Shown here piece after piece: positions 10,281 through 21,419 of a stretch of DNA of 64,000 nt. The notes beneath the pieces are model-generated. The model saw only the letters and a list, made by a program, of their open reading frames with translations. It was not told where the DNA came from and made no database searches. Every line of letters starts with the position of its first letter. The stretch's first letter is position 1. Location of the stretch: the IMG/VR virus record IMGVR_UViG_3300040801_002079, positions 186,001 to 250,000 of that record, one strand, 5' to 3'. The position numbers and the translations under genes were made by a program.

Positions 10281-11670
10281 TGTTTAATTCCTCCATAAAA
10301 TTTAATAAACTACTTTTAGTTTCTTTGGGCTGATGAGTCTCTTCAATTTCACCTTCGGGACTATTGAATTCTATCCCCGGCAATTTCTTGGACAATTCAT
10401 CCATATAATTTCTTTGCTTACTTTCAATATCGAATATTCGTGGACCTGAAGTTCTACCCTGAGGATCACAAATCCTAAGGTTTGAAGTGTCAAAATAAAG
10501 CTCAGTCTGTTTACCAACACCATCCGAACTTCTGGTTTTCAAAAAGGTTGCAATCATTTCTCCACGCAACCTCATTTCCTCACTCATATATAATGATATA
10601 ACGTTATCAACCGTGTTAATTTTTGTCAAGCCCCCAGCGATAACATCTTGCTTTGGTGACATATTGCCAATAGCTTCCCTATTTTGCTGAGATGCCGTGG
10701 CACAAAAGACATCATAATCAAAGACTAATTCCGCCAATTCTTCTGATTTCTGCTTATCCTGTTCTGATATACCCAAACGAGATACTCCACCATTCGGAGT
10801 CATCTTATCTAGGTAATCAACGAATATAGCATCAGGCTTTCTACCCAGTTCCAACTCATAATGTTTTAAATAGGAGCGTATATCATTGGTGCAGGCATCA
10901 CCCCTAATTCTCTCCATTATGAGTGATCCGGTGGTAGCATGTCTTAATTTTTCTATTGTTGCAGCAGCGTCTTCTTTATGTTCTTTAAGGGTTTGAATAT
11001 GTAAACCTGATGTTATAGCTGTTGTTCTGGTAAATATCATTTCTCTAGGAAGCTCAAGAGAAAGTAGTACAACATGAAATCCGGTCATAGCGTAATTGTG
11101 CGCCAAATTGTTAAGCATGATTGATTTACCGGCACCAGAGTTCGCAGTAAAGATTGTAACCTGCTTTCGAGACAAGCCCCCTGCTAGGTGCTTATCCAAG
11201 CCATCAATGCCCGTAGACGTTGTTTGCTGCCCAGCTAATGCTTCTTCCAACTTTTGTGCAAACCCATCTCCGAAGAAATCCCACCCAAGTTCTTTTTTAA
11301 GTGAAACAGTGACGGCTTCCTGCATTCTTTGTAGAATGATTCCGGTGTTACCTTTTGCCAAGTCTTCAGTAGATTCCATCATGGCAACGGCTACCGCAGT
11401 TTCACGACAATACTTTTCTATTTCATCACAGGCATAACCTATCATATCTGTCGTAATGTTTTGTTGGGCAACCGCAACCCCCGTCTCAGATTCAACGGTT
11501 TCAAGTTTAGGAACGGCATTATATTTCTCAAAATATTCTAATGTAAAGCGAACCGTCCTTCGTAGGTCGCCATCAAAATATTCAGGTTTTAATATCGAAA
11601 CACATCTTGAAAACACATCGTCAGAAGACAGCAAAATGCCAAGAAGATGCTCTTGCTTTTTTATATCCAA
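10273..11670 (-). CDS. replicative DnaB-like helicase (gp41-like)
   Basis: ANSGAGKS, SLEL, FVDYLD, TASQQNR. Confidence 0.92.
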   Translation of the reverse strand: MDIKKQEHLLGILLSSDDVFSRCVSILKPEYFDGDLRRTVRFTLEYFEKYNAVPKLETVESETGVAVAQQNITTDMIGYACDEIEKYCRETAVAVAMMESTEDLAKGNTGIILQRMQEAVTVSLKKELGWDFFGDGFAQKLEEALAGQQTTSTGIDGLDKHLAGGLSRKQVTIFTANSGAGKSIMLNNLAHNYAMTGFHVVLLSLELPREMIFTRTTAITSGLHIQTLKEHKEDAAATIEKLRHATTGSLIMERIRGDACTNDIRSYLKHYELELGRKPDAIFVDYLDKMTPNGGVSRLGISEQDKQKSEELAELVFDYDVFCATASQQNREAIGNMSPKQDVIAGGLTKINTVDNVISLYMSEEMRLRGEMIATFLKTRSSDGVGKQTELYFDTSNLRICDPQGRTSGPRIFDIESKQRNYMDELSKKLPGIEFNSPEGEIEETHQPKETKSSLLNFMEELNNE

Positions 11671-11733
11671 TATAAAATCTCCAATTGCAGAAGCAATAGT
11701 AAATCACAATTAAAAGAAAATCAAGACCAGATT

Positions 11734-13437
11734 TTAATCTTTTTTAAATTCTTCGTCTATCTCATCTGGACGAGTCACCGTTGATGATTCTGTATCAGAA
11801 AATTCTTGCAACCTTCTGCGTATAACAGATTCATATGCTCGTCGGTCAGTTTCCATGAATATCCACGTACCCTTACTTTCCGAATATCGATATAAGCGGG
11901 GTGGTATCCCTTGTCGTATCTTGGTATACGTTAATCGGTGATAATCTCTATCCTTTGGATTATCCGGGAATTCATCTCCTGTAGTAAAAGGCTCACCGTT
12001 TGGTGGCATACCATCTTGTGCCCAAAAGTTTCTAGCCCGATCATACTTTTGCATTTTAGCATCATTGTTTTCTTCTGACCACTCATAGACCTCATCCGAA
12101 AACTTCGTCACGTTAGCAGTATCTTCGCCCCTTTCAGGAACTGCGGTGTCTGCTTCCGCCTGTATGGTATGATCTACATCAAATATATCCTGATACTTCT
12201 TATTATTAACACCATCTCCCGTATCAGCTACGCCCATTTCATCGTAGTCTTGTGTCATCTTACCAAATATATCTTGAGTTTCAGGAGATGCGTATGCTGG
12301 AGTTGCTATAATTCTAACCATTAGTGGTATCCATTGAGCAGAGTAACCATTCGGACTCCAATCAATATCTGCAACTTCAAGATATTTCAGTACTGGCGTT
12401 AAAGATGCAGTATACTGTTTTTCGCTCGGCAATTCAATAATATCACCGATAACAATGGGACGGCCTAACGCTTTTATAACCGCAGACCAGCTAAGCTCTA
12501 TAAAATACTGTTCACCGCCAATACCAGAAGATGACCCCCACTTGGCAAAAAACGATTGGCTATCAAAAGGACTATAACTGCCCTTTAACTTTTCTGGAAA
12601 TTCAGAGTAATCTCTATCACGATTCTCCATAAAGATTTTATCTTGTATATTATCAAGAGCAGTTGCTTCATATTCGATTAGTTGCAGTGCCTGAACTGAC
12701 CAGTAATCAGTATCGGAGCCATTAAATGTTACGGGCCTAATTCTCCAAAATCTTGAAGGGACAGATGCTGGAAAATCTAATGTAACTATTCCATCACAGT
12801 CTGCTACATCTCGTATCCCAACACCAAACCATCGCTCTCCATCATGTGATCGCTCCAATCTTACTTTTGTAGCCCGATTAATGGAATCGCAACCCTGTGC
12901 AATTCTTATTCTGGAAATGTTATGTTTTTTAAATGTCTCAACACCGTATCTATTACGACCATTATCTAGTTTTATTTCACCAAAATCATAACCAATATAC
13001 GCAGACTTAACTACGTCCTGACCAATTTGCACAGAACGCCATTCAGTTTTAAATAAATCAAATGAGTTTATCGCTGGAAAGTTTGGATGTGCACCGCCCG
13101 ATATAGGGGTTCCATCTCCGGTTAAGTCTACTAGTTTGCCCTGTTCATGAATTCCAAGTAGCTTGTATACATTAACATCCGCTCCACCAATGTTAAGCTG
13201 CTCTGTTATGTATGAGTCGGTGAGACATGCCTCTGATGTATTTTCTGTTAACTCCCATGGGCTTCTGAAGTTATCTACAGGACATAACACACCATCTCTT
13301 ACTTCAACGCATGTTCCGTCAAAGCAAGTGTTATCTCCACTGCCATTCCCATTTTGGGAATCATTCCCATTTTGGGAACCATCATTCCCACACTCCTCAA
13401 ATGGCTCATTATAAATTATGCATGTAGACTTAGCCAT
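11734..13437 (-). CDS. neck/head-completion protein (gp14-like) with inserted discoidin-like domain
   Basis: GADVNVYKLLG, FMENRDRDY, LGRPIVIGDIIELP; SRFWRI discoidin-like segment. Confidence 0.6.
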   Translation of the reverse strand: MAKSTCIIYNEPFEECGNDGSQNGNDSQNGNGSGDNTCFDGTCVEVRDGVLCPVDNFRSPWELTENTSEACLTDSYITEQLNIGGADVNVYKLLGIHEQGKLVDLTGDGTPISGGAHPNFPAINSFDLFKTEWRSVQIGQDVVKSAYIGYDFGEIKLDNGRNRYGVETFKKHNISRIRIAQGCDSINRATKVRLERSHDGERWFGVGIRDVADCDGIVTLDFPASVPSRFWRIRPVTFNGSDTDYWSVQALQLIEYEATALDNIQDKIFMENRDRDYSEFPEKLKGSYSPFDSQSFFAKWGSSSGIGGEQYFIELSWSAVIKALGRPIVIGDIIELPSEKQYTASLTPVLKYLEVADIDWSPNGYSAQWIPLMVRIIATPAYASPETQDIFGKMTQDYDEMGVADTGDGVNNKKYQDIFDVDHTIQAEADTAVPERGEDTANVTKFSDEVYEWSEENNDAKMQKYDRARNFWAQDGMPPNGEPFTTGDEFPDNPKDRDYHRLTYTKIRQGIPPRLYRYSESKGTWIFMETDRRAYESVIRRRLQEFSDTESSTVTRPDEIDEEFKKD

Positions 13438-13438
13438 A

Positions 13439-16369
13439 TTATCCCATTATAAACGTAGCACCTTGTCCAGCCTCTTCTAGATTTTGCATAGATTTATCTT
13501 CTATTTCAACCAAGAGTTCAGCCTTTTCGGTTTCAGCTTGTGTGATAAGCTCTTGTGAGTTTAGGGTTGTGCTTCCGTTGGGTCCGGGTAGGGTCTGGAA
13601 TTTACCTCGAATCTGGGATAGCATCATTTTAGATTCAGCAACAGCCCAGCGTTTAATCCATTCTCTGGTTTCCCTGCTTGTTAATAAATCCTGCTCAGTC
13701 CTTTCAATGTAGGCATCTAATAAAACTCTTTCATGATCATACACTGTATGGAATATACTCAACTCTCTTGTATTTTCATGCCAATTAAAGGTTATATGAT
13801 CTGCGAACAATATCTGCATGTCTTCAATATATGATGATACCAAATGATAGCTTAGCATATCAAACGTACCGGTCCTATAAAGATGTAGCAGTGCTGCATA
13901 ACCATAAACATCGTATGAACCTCGTGACAGCCCCGTGAGGAACCCAGAGCGCATACGATATAAGTAATTAATCCCCACTATTTTATTAAAGCCTACACAT
14001 CTATTGGTTAGAATGTATTTTTGCTGATTGGGCTTCAGGTCTAGGAAAAAGAAATTTCTATGGTATCCAAATCCTGAGAACTTTCTAATCATACCTAGAG
14101 CCGCATTTATAGCCTCATCAATTTGATCGTCAGTTAATTCAACCTTCTGACTTGGATGTCCAAGTCTTCTACGAATGATGGTGTGCATTTCACGCCGTTC
14201 ATCCGGGCTTCCATCATCCCCAATGTGTAAAGCGTTCCATGTTGGTCCATGCTCTAGTCTAGAATTTCCATCAATTGGATCATAATAAATGACACTGGTG
14301 CTCAACGCAGTAAATAAGTTACCGGCTTCAATTACAATGTTAAGACTCTGAGTACATCCAACCTCATAAGTAAAGAAGCATAAGCGATTTTTCTCAGTTG
14401 GTTTATTAGGGTTTATCAATATTACGCCAGCAATTGGATTAGCGGGAACCCATGTAGTTCCATCCCATTTATAAAGCAATTCATCTACATCATTTAAGAC
14501 AAGCTCTCCTATTTCAGGATAGACCATACTATCAATAAATGAAATTTCAACCCATTGTGCTCCATCCCATTTATACAGCTTATCGTTTATAGAATCAAAC
14601 CAGTGTGTTCCAATTTCTATCACGTAAGGATCGTTTGCAGAATTTAATGGATCAATTACAGTCCATCCACCTAAACCATCCGATAATCTAAACACTCCAT
14701 CGGAATCCAACCAACCATATCCATACCCAAGTTGCGTAGGATCAGTGGCTGTATCAATATATTCAACATCTTTGAATTCACATGCTGGAGTAATTAGCAT
14801 CTGCATCTTCCCTGTTTCAGGATTTAACCAAATGCTATTTTCTTCTAACTCTGGTGGCAATGACGGATCAACCGCACTCTGCACGAATGTCCCAGCTAAG
14901 CTCCAAACACTATTCTGCTCATCCCAAAGATACAAATCATCAACAGATGGACTTGAATTCCACCATATATCACAACTCTTCCTATCGGTAGGATCAGAAA
15001 TAGCCAACGTATATTCAAGATCAATCCATGCTGTATTAGATGTGTTTCTCTTATAAAATAGCTGTTCAGAAGGCACAAACCAGTATGCTCCAGCAGCGGG
15101 ATTATCTAGCTCACCCGCTTCATTTCTTTCTTCATACCGTATATTAACCAAGTTGCCCCACGTATCTCCAGCCTCTCTGATCATCATAACGTCATCAGTG
15201 GAGTTATACCAATAGTCTCCGGGGGCTATGGTGTTGGGGTCATCAGATGCATAGATTGCATCAACGGTGTCCCAACCATTTATATCGGGCTTCCATTGTT
15301 TTAATTCATACTCAGATTCATCATACCAATAATCGTTACATGACATGACAGGAGGTAGAAGTGGGTTACGGGTTTGGATATATGTATAAAGCTTGCACCA
15401 TTTGCTTTCTTGCCAAATCCAAGCATCAATACCGTCAAACCATACAGTGCCACATTCTGGTTGTGTTGGATCAAATGATAGTTTGAATAGTGGTATCTCA
15501 ACCCATCCGGAACTTTCATATACAAAAAGACTTTCCCCGTCATACCAATAAGTTCCAAGTATTGGGGTACGAGGATCGTTATCATTTACTAAAACGGGAT
15601 ATTCGACATATTTGTCGTATTCCCATTTATATAATTTTTCATTCTCGGCATCAAAATAAAATTGACCGCAAGTTTCAAGATTACGCCTTTCAGCATCAGT
15701 TAATAAAATAAACTGTTTATTAATAGCGTCTACAAGGTCTGGGTATGTTGGAGCATCATGTCCCTCAATATTTACTTCGTATTCCTCACCATTAATGTTA
15801 ATCTTAAACGCATAATCAACACCGGACTCTAGACCGGTTAGAGTTCCGTTACTGATAACATCAATGTCCAAACCTATATCCTGCTGTGCAGGAGTGTCGC
15901 CGTTTTCATTGTATTCCAAATAACCAGTGGGTAATGAATACGCATGAACGCCTTCACGATGATATCTGCCAACGGAATCTACGGCATATGCGGATACATA
16001 ATACGGAGTTTTTTCTTTAACATCCTGTACAATCAGGGTCTTGGTTGTTTTGTCATGATAGAATGCGCCCAGTACTCGGGCATCATCAATCTTATCTCCA
16101 GCGTGTAGATCAGGATCAACAGTTGGATCACCCTCATAATATGTCCCATCTTTGGGTGATGATTCTATGTAGTTCGCAGGTTTATCAGATACAATAATGA
16201 CAATTCCGTCATATGCCTGATCTTCAACTGAACACCCTGCAACAGGCGGAGGTATGTTCCATTTAACCGTGCCTGTACCATCACCGTTGCGTATGAACGT
16301 TACATCTATGTTTTGACCTTCTGATCTTATTTGATTCGGTGTGTCACTGAACCCGTCATAAACTCCCAT
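13439..16369 (-). CDS. neck protein (gp13-like) with long N-terminal Trp-rich repeat region
   Basis: C-terminal RLG..VELTDDQID, RGKFQTLPGPNGSTTLN typical of gp13; TATAAATA upstream. Confidence 0.75.
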   Translation of the reverse strand: MGVYDGFSDTPNQIRSEGQNIDVTFIRNGDGTGTVKWNIPPPVAGCSVEDQAYDGIVIIVSDKPANYIESSPKDGTYYEGDPTVDPDLHAGDKIDDARVLGAFYHDKTTKTLIVQDVKEKTPYYVSAYAVDSVGRYHREGVHAYSLPTGYLEYNENGDTPAQQDIGLDIDVISNGTLTGLESGVDYAFKININGEEYEVNIEGHDAPTYPDLVDAINKQFILLTDAERRNLETCGQFYFDAENEKLYKWEYDKYVEYPVLVNDNDPRTPILGTYWYDGESLFVYESSGWVEIPLFKLSFDPTQPECGTVWFDGIDAWIWQESKWCKLYTYIQTRNPLLPPVMSCNDYWYDESEYELKQWKPDINGWDTVDAIYASDDPNTIAPGDYWYNSTDDVMMIREAGDTWGNLVNIRYEERNEAGELDNPAAGAYWFVPSEQLFYKRNTSNTAWIDLEYTLAISDPTDRKSCDIWWNSSPSVDDLYLWDEQNSVWSLAGTFVQSAVDPSLPPELEENSIWLNPETGKMQMLITPACEFKDVEYIDTATDPTQLGYGYGWLDSDGVFRLSDGLGGWTVIDPLNSANDPYVIEIGTHWFDSINDKLYKWDGAQWVEISFIDSMVYPEIGELVLNDVDELLYKWDGTTWVPANPIAGVILINPNKPTEKNRLCFFTYEVGCTQSLNIVIEAGNLFTALSTSVIYYDPIDGNSRLEHGPTWNALHIGDDGSPDERREMHTIIRRRLGHPSQKVELTDDQIDEAINAALGMIRKFSGFGYHRNFFFLDLKPNQQKYILTNRCVGFNKIVGINYLYRMRSGFLTGLSRGSYDVYGYAALLHLYRTGTFDMLSYHLVSSYIEDMQILFADHITFNWHENTRELSIFHTVYDHERVLLDAYIERTEQDLLTSRETREWIKRWAVAESKMMLSQIRGKFQTLPGPNGSTTLNSQELITQAETEKAELLVEIEDKSMQNLEEAGQGATFIMG

Positions 16370-16417
16370 ACTAAATCTCCATATTACTAAGGTATTTATA
16401 AAGAATTTATGTATTTA

Positions 16418-17116
16418 CTAATTATATAAATGGGTTCCCCTATAATCAATGCCCTCAAATTCATCAGTTTCCTCATTAGCTAGTTTATCAAGGTCACCGA
16501 TCATAACAACAATCATTAGATTCATGATTAGAAGGAATACATGCATACGCAGATAACTGGCATCGCCGTACATCGTGGCACTGGCTAATTGTTCAATATG
16601 CGTATTTAATAATGTTGTATATGGTTTCAACCATTTTGAATATTTGCTTACCGCAACATGGGGTACACCAAAATCTTCCGCCTTATTTCGGAAGCTGTTA
16701 ATCATACTCTGTAATTCACATTTAACGATATTTTCCCATTCGGCTCCACTCATTGTAGAGGTATCATGTGTCTCTATAAGTCGCTTGCATCCATAGTAAT
16801 ATGATTCAACATTTAGATATATTAGGTCCCGATACACTTGTGTAAGGGCTTCGTTGTTTGGATTTAATTCAAGGGATGGGATATCAAATCTCATTTTAAA
16901 TTTGGCGTTTGTAAAAAACCAATTATCATGCAGTGATGAGTCTAATGCATTTGAGGCTCCACTAATTCTCTTCTGTCGCCGTTTCCATATGCTCATAAAG
17001 GATAGTTTTGATACAATATTGACAAACCCTGCCAACGCAATAAGGGCTATAATGAGAAGTATCAATCCCCATATCCCATATGTTTCCAGCGTTGCAGTTA
17101 TGATATCACCCGACAT
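16418..17116 (-). CDS. membrane protein (possible holin-like)
   Basis: N-terminal TM helix; near DUF5675 gene; late promoter. Confidence 0.45.
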   Translation of the reverse strand: MSGDIITATLETYGIWGLILLIIALIALAGFVNIVSKLSFMSIWKRRQKRISGASNALDSSLHDNWFFTNAKFKMRFDIPSLELNPNNEALTQVYRDLIYLNVESYYYGCKRLIETHDTSTMSGAEWENIVKCELQSMINSFRNKAEDFGVPHVAVSKYSKWLKPYTTLLNTHIEQLASATMYGDASYLRMHVFLLIMNLMIVVMIGDLDKLANEETDEFEGIDYRGTHLYN

Positions 17117-17173
17117 CGTGTTGTCCTCTTTACTATATTTATCTGTTAGCCAACTTAGGCTAAAGTTTATAAA

Positions 17174-17491
17174 CTAAATTTCTTCAGTGTTGCTTACAAC
17201 CCAATTAAACATCTTTCCACTACTCCACACTGGGAAAAATGTCTCTCCGCTTTCAACAACCCTGATGTATCTAACAGTCGGGTTTTCGGGAGTATCGTAC
17301 TCCCAAAGAATTTCTACTTGGTCATCCGGTTTCAAAGAAAAGTAAATCTTTTCAGAAGAGTCTACCCTCTCGTGCACCGGAACTTTACAATATTTCATTA
17401 ATTTATATTGTAAAACAACTCGTGGACAAGCTTCCGCAGCTTCCAGCAATTTCATCTTTGATTCATAATACTGTTTAAAGCCTAGCTTCAT
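17174..17491 (-). CDS. hypothetical protein
   Basis: 105-aa ORF, coupled. Confidence 0.6.
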   Translation of the reverse strand: MKLGFKQYYESKMKLLEAAEACPRVVLQYKLMKYCKVPVHERVDSSEKIYFSLKPDDQVEILWEYDTPENPTVRYIRVVESGETFFPVWSSGKMFNWVVSNTEEI

Positions 17492-17925
17492 TAGAAGTTC
17501 TCACTGTAAGTAATTCTAAGGTCGTAAACCTCATCAATATTTATGAGTTTTAGAAACTCTGCAACAGTTTTTCTACTATTAGTAACTGCGGCTCTATTGT
17601 TCAATACTGTCATAGTTTCTCCAAGTCCTATACACCCAGTAACATCCGATGACCAATTGGCTGGATGTATCAGGATACCATATCGTTCAAAGTTTCCATC
17701 TGGAAATTTTGATACCGTTCCACCATGTATTATGCAGCTAGGTCCAAACTTGGGAGAATCATAGTATTCTAAAAAATAATCCCCCGGTGGTATACAACTC
17801 ATATACCGAACATTATTTACCCACGGCTTTTCAACAGTGTAGCAAAAGAAATTATTAAAGGTCAAGGTCCCAAATGTTCCCTCATCTGGTTTCCCATAAT
17901 CAACAAATCTGTTGATGTGAATCAT
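17491..17925 (-). CDS. DUF5675-family protein (putative lysis peptidase)
   Basis: TFGTL, CYTVE, SCIPPG.Y, ILIHPAN, GCIGLG motifs. Confidence 0.75.
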   Translation of the reverse strand: MIHINRFVDYGKPDEGTFGTLTFNNFFCYTVEKPWVNNVRYMSCIPPGDYFLEYYDSPKFGPSCIIHGGTVSKFPDGNFERYGILIHPANWSSDVTGCIGLGETMTVLNNRAAVTNSRKTVAEFLKLINIDEVYDLRITYSENF

Positions 17926-17926
17926 G

Positions 17927-18388
17927 TTACCGCCTCATTGATCGACGGGTCATAATGCGACTTTTATCTGTCTGATCTGCCCAAAAATCCGTTTCTTCGG
18001 GGTGTGCTCCTTCCGGGGCTATTACTCTACTTCGTTTAAGAGCTTGCAGTTGTTGATTGGTAAAACTTATTTGCAATTTGATTTGGTCACTTGTTGGGTT
18101 CTTTTGCAGCTCTTTCCAATTAGCATTTATTATTTCACCTATTTTAGAATCATCCTTTTTATGATAAACCATGTCACCGAAACGCTGACTAAAAAAGTTT
18201 TCAACCTTCTTGGCAAACTTCTGTGCTTTTGGGTTATTTGAAAACGGAGCCTCATATCTTAAAAAATGAAGTATACCGTCCAGCCACACGAGATTAACTG
18301 GAATAAATGTATCATGGTACCCACTACTTCTCTTTGCATCAGCTAGCGATTCACCTAAAAGTTCTTTTAATAATTCCATAATATACAC
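17927..18388 (-). CDS. hypothetical, probable head protein
   Basis: MELLKELLGE leader; late promoter. Confidence 0.55.
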   Translation of the reverse strand: MYIMELLKELLGESLADAKRSSGYHDTFIPVNLVWLDGILHFLRYEAPFSNNPKAQKFAKKVENFFSQRFGDMVYHKKDDSKIGEIINANWKELQKNPTSDQIKLQISFTNQQLQALKRSRVIAPEGAHPEETDFWADQTDKSRIMTRRSMRR

Positions 18389-18415
18389 CTCTTTTATATT
18401 TATCCACCAGACAAA

Positions 18416-18443
18416 AAGAAACCCCGCAAATGCGGGGCTTCTC
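18416..18443 (-). terminator. intrinsic terminator after major capsid gene
   Basis: AGAAGCCCCGC-ATTT-GCGGGGTTTCTTTTT on minus strand. Confidence 0.8.
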
Positions 18444-18465
18444 TTGAACTGCTTAAGAATTTATC

Positions 18466-19893
18466 TTAAACAAATTCTAGGTTGACAACGTTGATCTTAC
18501 CGTAGTAATCAGCGGAGTTGCCTAGAGAGATCGTTGGATCAGTTAGTGCAACCTTGCCGTAACGTGTCATTAGGGAGATCATTGGCTGTGTGGTAACAGG
18601 GTTCATGATCACACCAGTGCTCATTAGAGGAACATATGGTGCATAGAAGTAACCTGCGTCACTTTCGCCGTTTCCGCCTTTGTAACCAACTAGGATGGTT
18701 GAATCACCAGCAGGAGAGGTTGTTCCGGGTGTTTCAGCATTCCATAGGTAGCTGTAGACTTTGATCTTACCGTTTAGCGTACCAACTAGCTTGGTGTCAT
18801 TTGGACCTTCGAAGGAACCTTCGATTGCTGGTGCAAAGACTGCCTTAGCTGCTGTCTGTAGAACAGAAACCATCATTGGGCTAACAACGATCCAGTTACC
18901 GGTTCCGCGACGAGTCTTACGACCAATCTCATTTGCAACTTCGTTGATTGTACCCTGAAGGTTAGCGAAACGATCACCAACAAATGCAGGCGCATAAGTT
19001 GGGCCAGCAGTTGCGCTGTGATCATACGCACGAACCGTACCAGCAAGTGCTAATAGGTCAGAGATGATTTCAGCGTCAATTTCCTGAACGATGTGAGCAG
19101 ACATAGCTTTCGTCATTTCACTTTCAAGATCAAGACCGTGCTGGTTATCTAGGTCCTGCATAGCCTCAAGTGTCCATCCAGCCTGTAGCTTACGTGCTCC
19201 AGCCTGAACTGCCTGACTCAAGACTTCTAGACCCATCTTACGTCCACCGGAACCTTCGATGAAGGAGTTAGAACCACCCAATAGTGTACCCGCAATGTTT
19301 ACACTGTTGTTTAGGTCCATGGTACCGTCTGTACCACCAGTTGCGTAATCAGAACCTGCGCTTGAACCCCAAGCATCGCCATCAGCGGTTGCTGCGTCGA
19401 TATCTGCTGGTGCAGAAGTACCGTCAGCGCCTGCTGCATCCATACCAGAAGCACCGGGGTCCTGAGCCGCACCAGTGTTACCAGAATAGAAAGCGCGTAG
19501 AAGCTTGGTGTTACCGAATGCCTCATCACCAGCAGCTAGATCATATCCACCGAATGGCGATTTAGCTGGATCGTGAGTCATAGCTTCTTCGTAGGTGTAA
19601 CGTAGCGAATAAACAAGACCAACAGGTCCGGTCATTGGCTGTACACCAACTAGCTCTGTACCGATTGTTCCGGGAATTACACGGCGTACAATTGGTAATA
19701 GAGACTGTCTGAAGTTAGCGATATCGTGCGCCTGAACTGAGCCAGCAGCAGCGGTTTCCGCTAGTAGTTGTTTCCTTTGGTTTTCTAACAGTGGAGCGAC
19801 GATCTTACGCTTTGCGCTATCAAGACCTTCTAGAAGCACATCCTTAGCTTCTCCCCAATTCTCTGTTAAAACTTTTGTATCCATTTTACTCAT
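18466..19893 (-). CDS. major capsid protein (gp23-like)
   Basis: VRRVIP, VGVQPMTGPVG, ARKL.A.WTLEAMQDL, TRRG.GN, YAPYVPL, MTRYG. Confidence 0.96.
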   Translation of the reverse strand: MSKMDTKVLTENWGEAKDVLLEGLDSAKRKIVAPLLENQRKQLLAETAAAGSVQAHDIANFRQSLLPIVRRVIPGTIGTELVGVQPMTGPVGLVYSLRYTYEEAMTHDPAKSPFGGYDLAAGDEAFGNTKLLRAFYSGNTGAAQDPGASGMDAAGADGTSAPADIDAATADGDAWGSSAGSDYATGGTDGTMDLNNSVNIAGTLLGGSNSFIEGSGGRKMGLEVLSQAVQAGARKLQAGWTLEAMQDLDNQHGLDLESEMTKAMSAHIVQEIDAEIISDLLALAGTVRAYDHSATAGPTYAPAFVGDRFANLQGTINEVANEIGRKTRRGTGNWIVVSPMMVSVLQTAAKAVFAPAIEGSFEGPNDTKLVGTLNGKIKVYSYLWNAETPGTTSPAGDSTILVGYKGGNGESDAGYFYAPYVPLMSTGVIMNPVTTQPMISLMTRYGKVALTDPTISLGNSADYYGKINVVNLEFV

Positions 19894-19938
19894 GTCAATT
19901 TGCTCCTTAAAGTAGTTTAGATAAATGGTTTAACTTGA

Positions 19939-20883
19939 TTAGTCAAGCTGACCAGTTAATTCACGTAGACGTTCAACTTCTTCCTTGGTCAAACGGTGTT
20001 CACCGCCTGCTTCTTCAACGCCTTCAACGACAACTTCCGGTTCGTCGCCTGTAACTTTAACTGTCTCAGTTAACTGCTCTTCTTGGGTGTTCGAATCTTC
20101 GGCTAGTACTTCAGTTTCCTTCTCCTCGTCTTCTTCTACCACATTCTCGTTTAATACACGACCAATGAACTGCTCATAGACCTTCTGGATTTTATCCGTT
20201 GGGGTCTTATCTAAAATCGCAGCCATTACTTCGCGTGGTCTGCCTTCCAATACACTCAATGTTTCAGATAGAACCTGCTCACGCTTAGTAGCGCTAAGCT
20301 CTTCTTTCATCTCATTAAGCTCTTTTCGGGCTGCTTCCAATTCAGCTTCAACTGTTTTCGCTTTAGCATCCATTTCGTCTTTGTTAAAGTATGTCTTAGC
20401 AAAGGTGTCTTTGAATGATTCGAAAATTGCCTCACCGAATCGTAGTTGCTTAACCTGATCAATATCTTCTTTCAATTCTGAGAACTCTGCTTCCACACGT
20501 TCTTCTAGGAATTCATTTAGTATATTAACAAGTTGAGCAAAATCCTTTTTAGCAGTTTCAGATAATTTCTTCTTCATGTTTACGACTTTTTCAGCGTATT
20601 CTGCTTCCAAATCTCTGAATGCTTCTACATCTTCCTTGAGTTCCGTTAGTTCGGATTCTAAGAACTGTTGAGCCTTAGTATCCAGTGCTTCCACCAAAGC
20701 TTCTTTATCAGTAACAAACTGCTCTGCCAATTCAGCACGAACGTTAGTTTCTGTTTCGGCTTTAGCTTCCTGTACTGCTGCTTCCACGGCCTCTGAAATC
20801 TGGGACTGAATAGCTTCTTCAAGCTCAGTTTTAGTCTCTTCATTCAAAATTTCGTTTTCCAGCAAATTTTGAAGTATTTCCAT
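19939..20883 (-). CDS. prohead core/scaffold protein (gp22-like)
   Basis: acidic coiled coil directly upstream of MCP. Confidence 0.85.
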   Translation of the reverse strand: MEILQNLLENEILNEETKTELEEAIQSQISEAVEAAVQEAKAETETNVRAELAEQFVTDKEALVEALDTKAQQFLESELTELKEDVEAFRDLEAEYAEKVVNMKKKLSETAKKDFAQLVNILNEFLEERVEAEFSELKEDIDQVKQLRFGEAIFESFKDTFAKTYFNKDEMDAKAKTVEAELEAARKELNEMKEELSATKREQVLSETLSVLEGRPREVMAAILDKTPTDKIQKVYEQFIGRVLNENVVEEDEEKETEVLAEDSNTQEEQLTETVKVTGDEPEVVVEGVEEAGGEHRLTKEEVERLRELTGQLD

Positions 20884-21130
20884 TTTAAGCTCCTTAAATT
20901 AATTTAAAGTAAATCATAAACTTAACAATATTTATTATATGGGCACTAATCTTATAAAAATAAGTTTTTTTTAAACGTAAGTTATTGATTTTATTAGAAA
21001 GGAGTTTTTAGAAAAATTTGAAAAATATTTTAAGGTGTGAATATTAGGTGAAGATTATGTGCATAGAAAACAAGAACTGTTCTCAAAACTGGGAAGGATT
21101 TTGTATATGAAATAATAAGTGTATAATAAT

Positions 21131-21156
21131 AAAAGGGATTGTGAAAAATCCCTTTT
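21131..21156. terminator. bidirectional terminator closing the tRNA island
   Basis: AAAAGGGATT-GTGAAA-AATCCCTTTT. Confidence 0.75.
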
Positions 21157-21175
21157 ATTCTTACTGTTCACTAAA

Positions 21176-21251
21176 TGGTGGTGGAGGGCAGAATCGAACT
21201 GCCGTCTTCGGCCTTATGAGGACCGCGCTTTACCAATTAAGCTACTCCACC
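21176..21251 (-). tRNA. tRNA-Met(CAT), elongator or Ile2
   Basis: cloverleaf, loop CTCATAA, CCA. Confidence 0.9.
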
Positions 21252-21419
21252 TTTTAAGAAACTTCTTTCAGAAGATCAATTCGGTGACTATGCTCTTGAC
21301 AGAATTCACACAATGATTGCTCTTCAATTTCTGGACTTGGTTCTGGTTGTTTTTTCTGTGGCGACAGGAGACGGATGCCCCTGAACTGGAGACGGATACG
21401 CTTTTTTAATTTTGACCTT

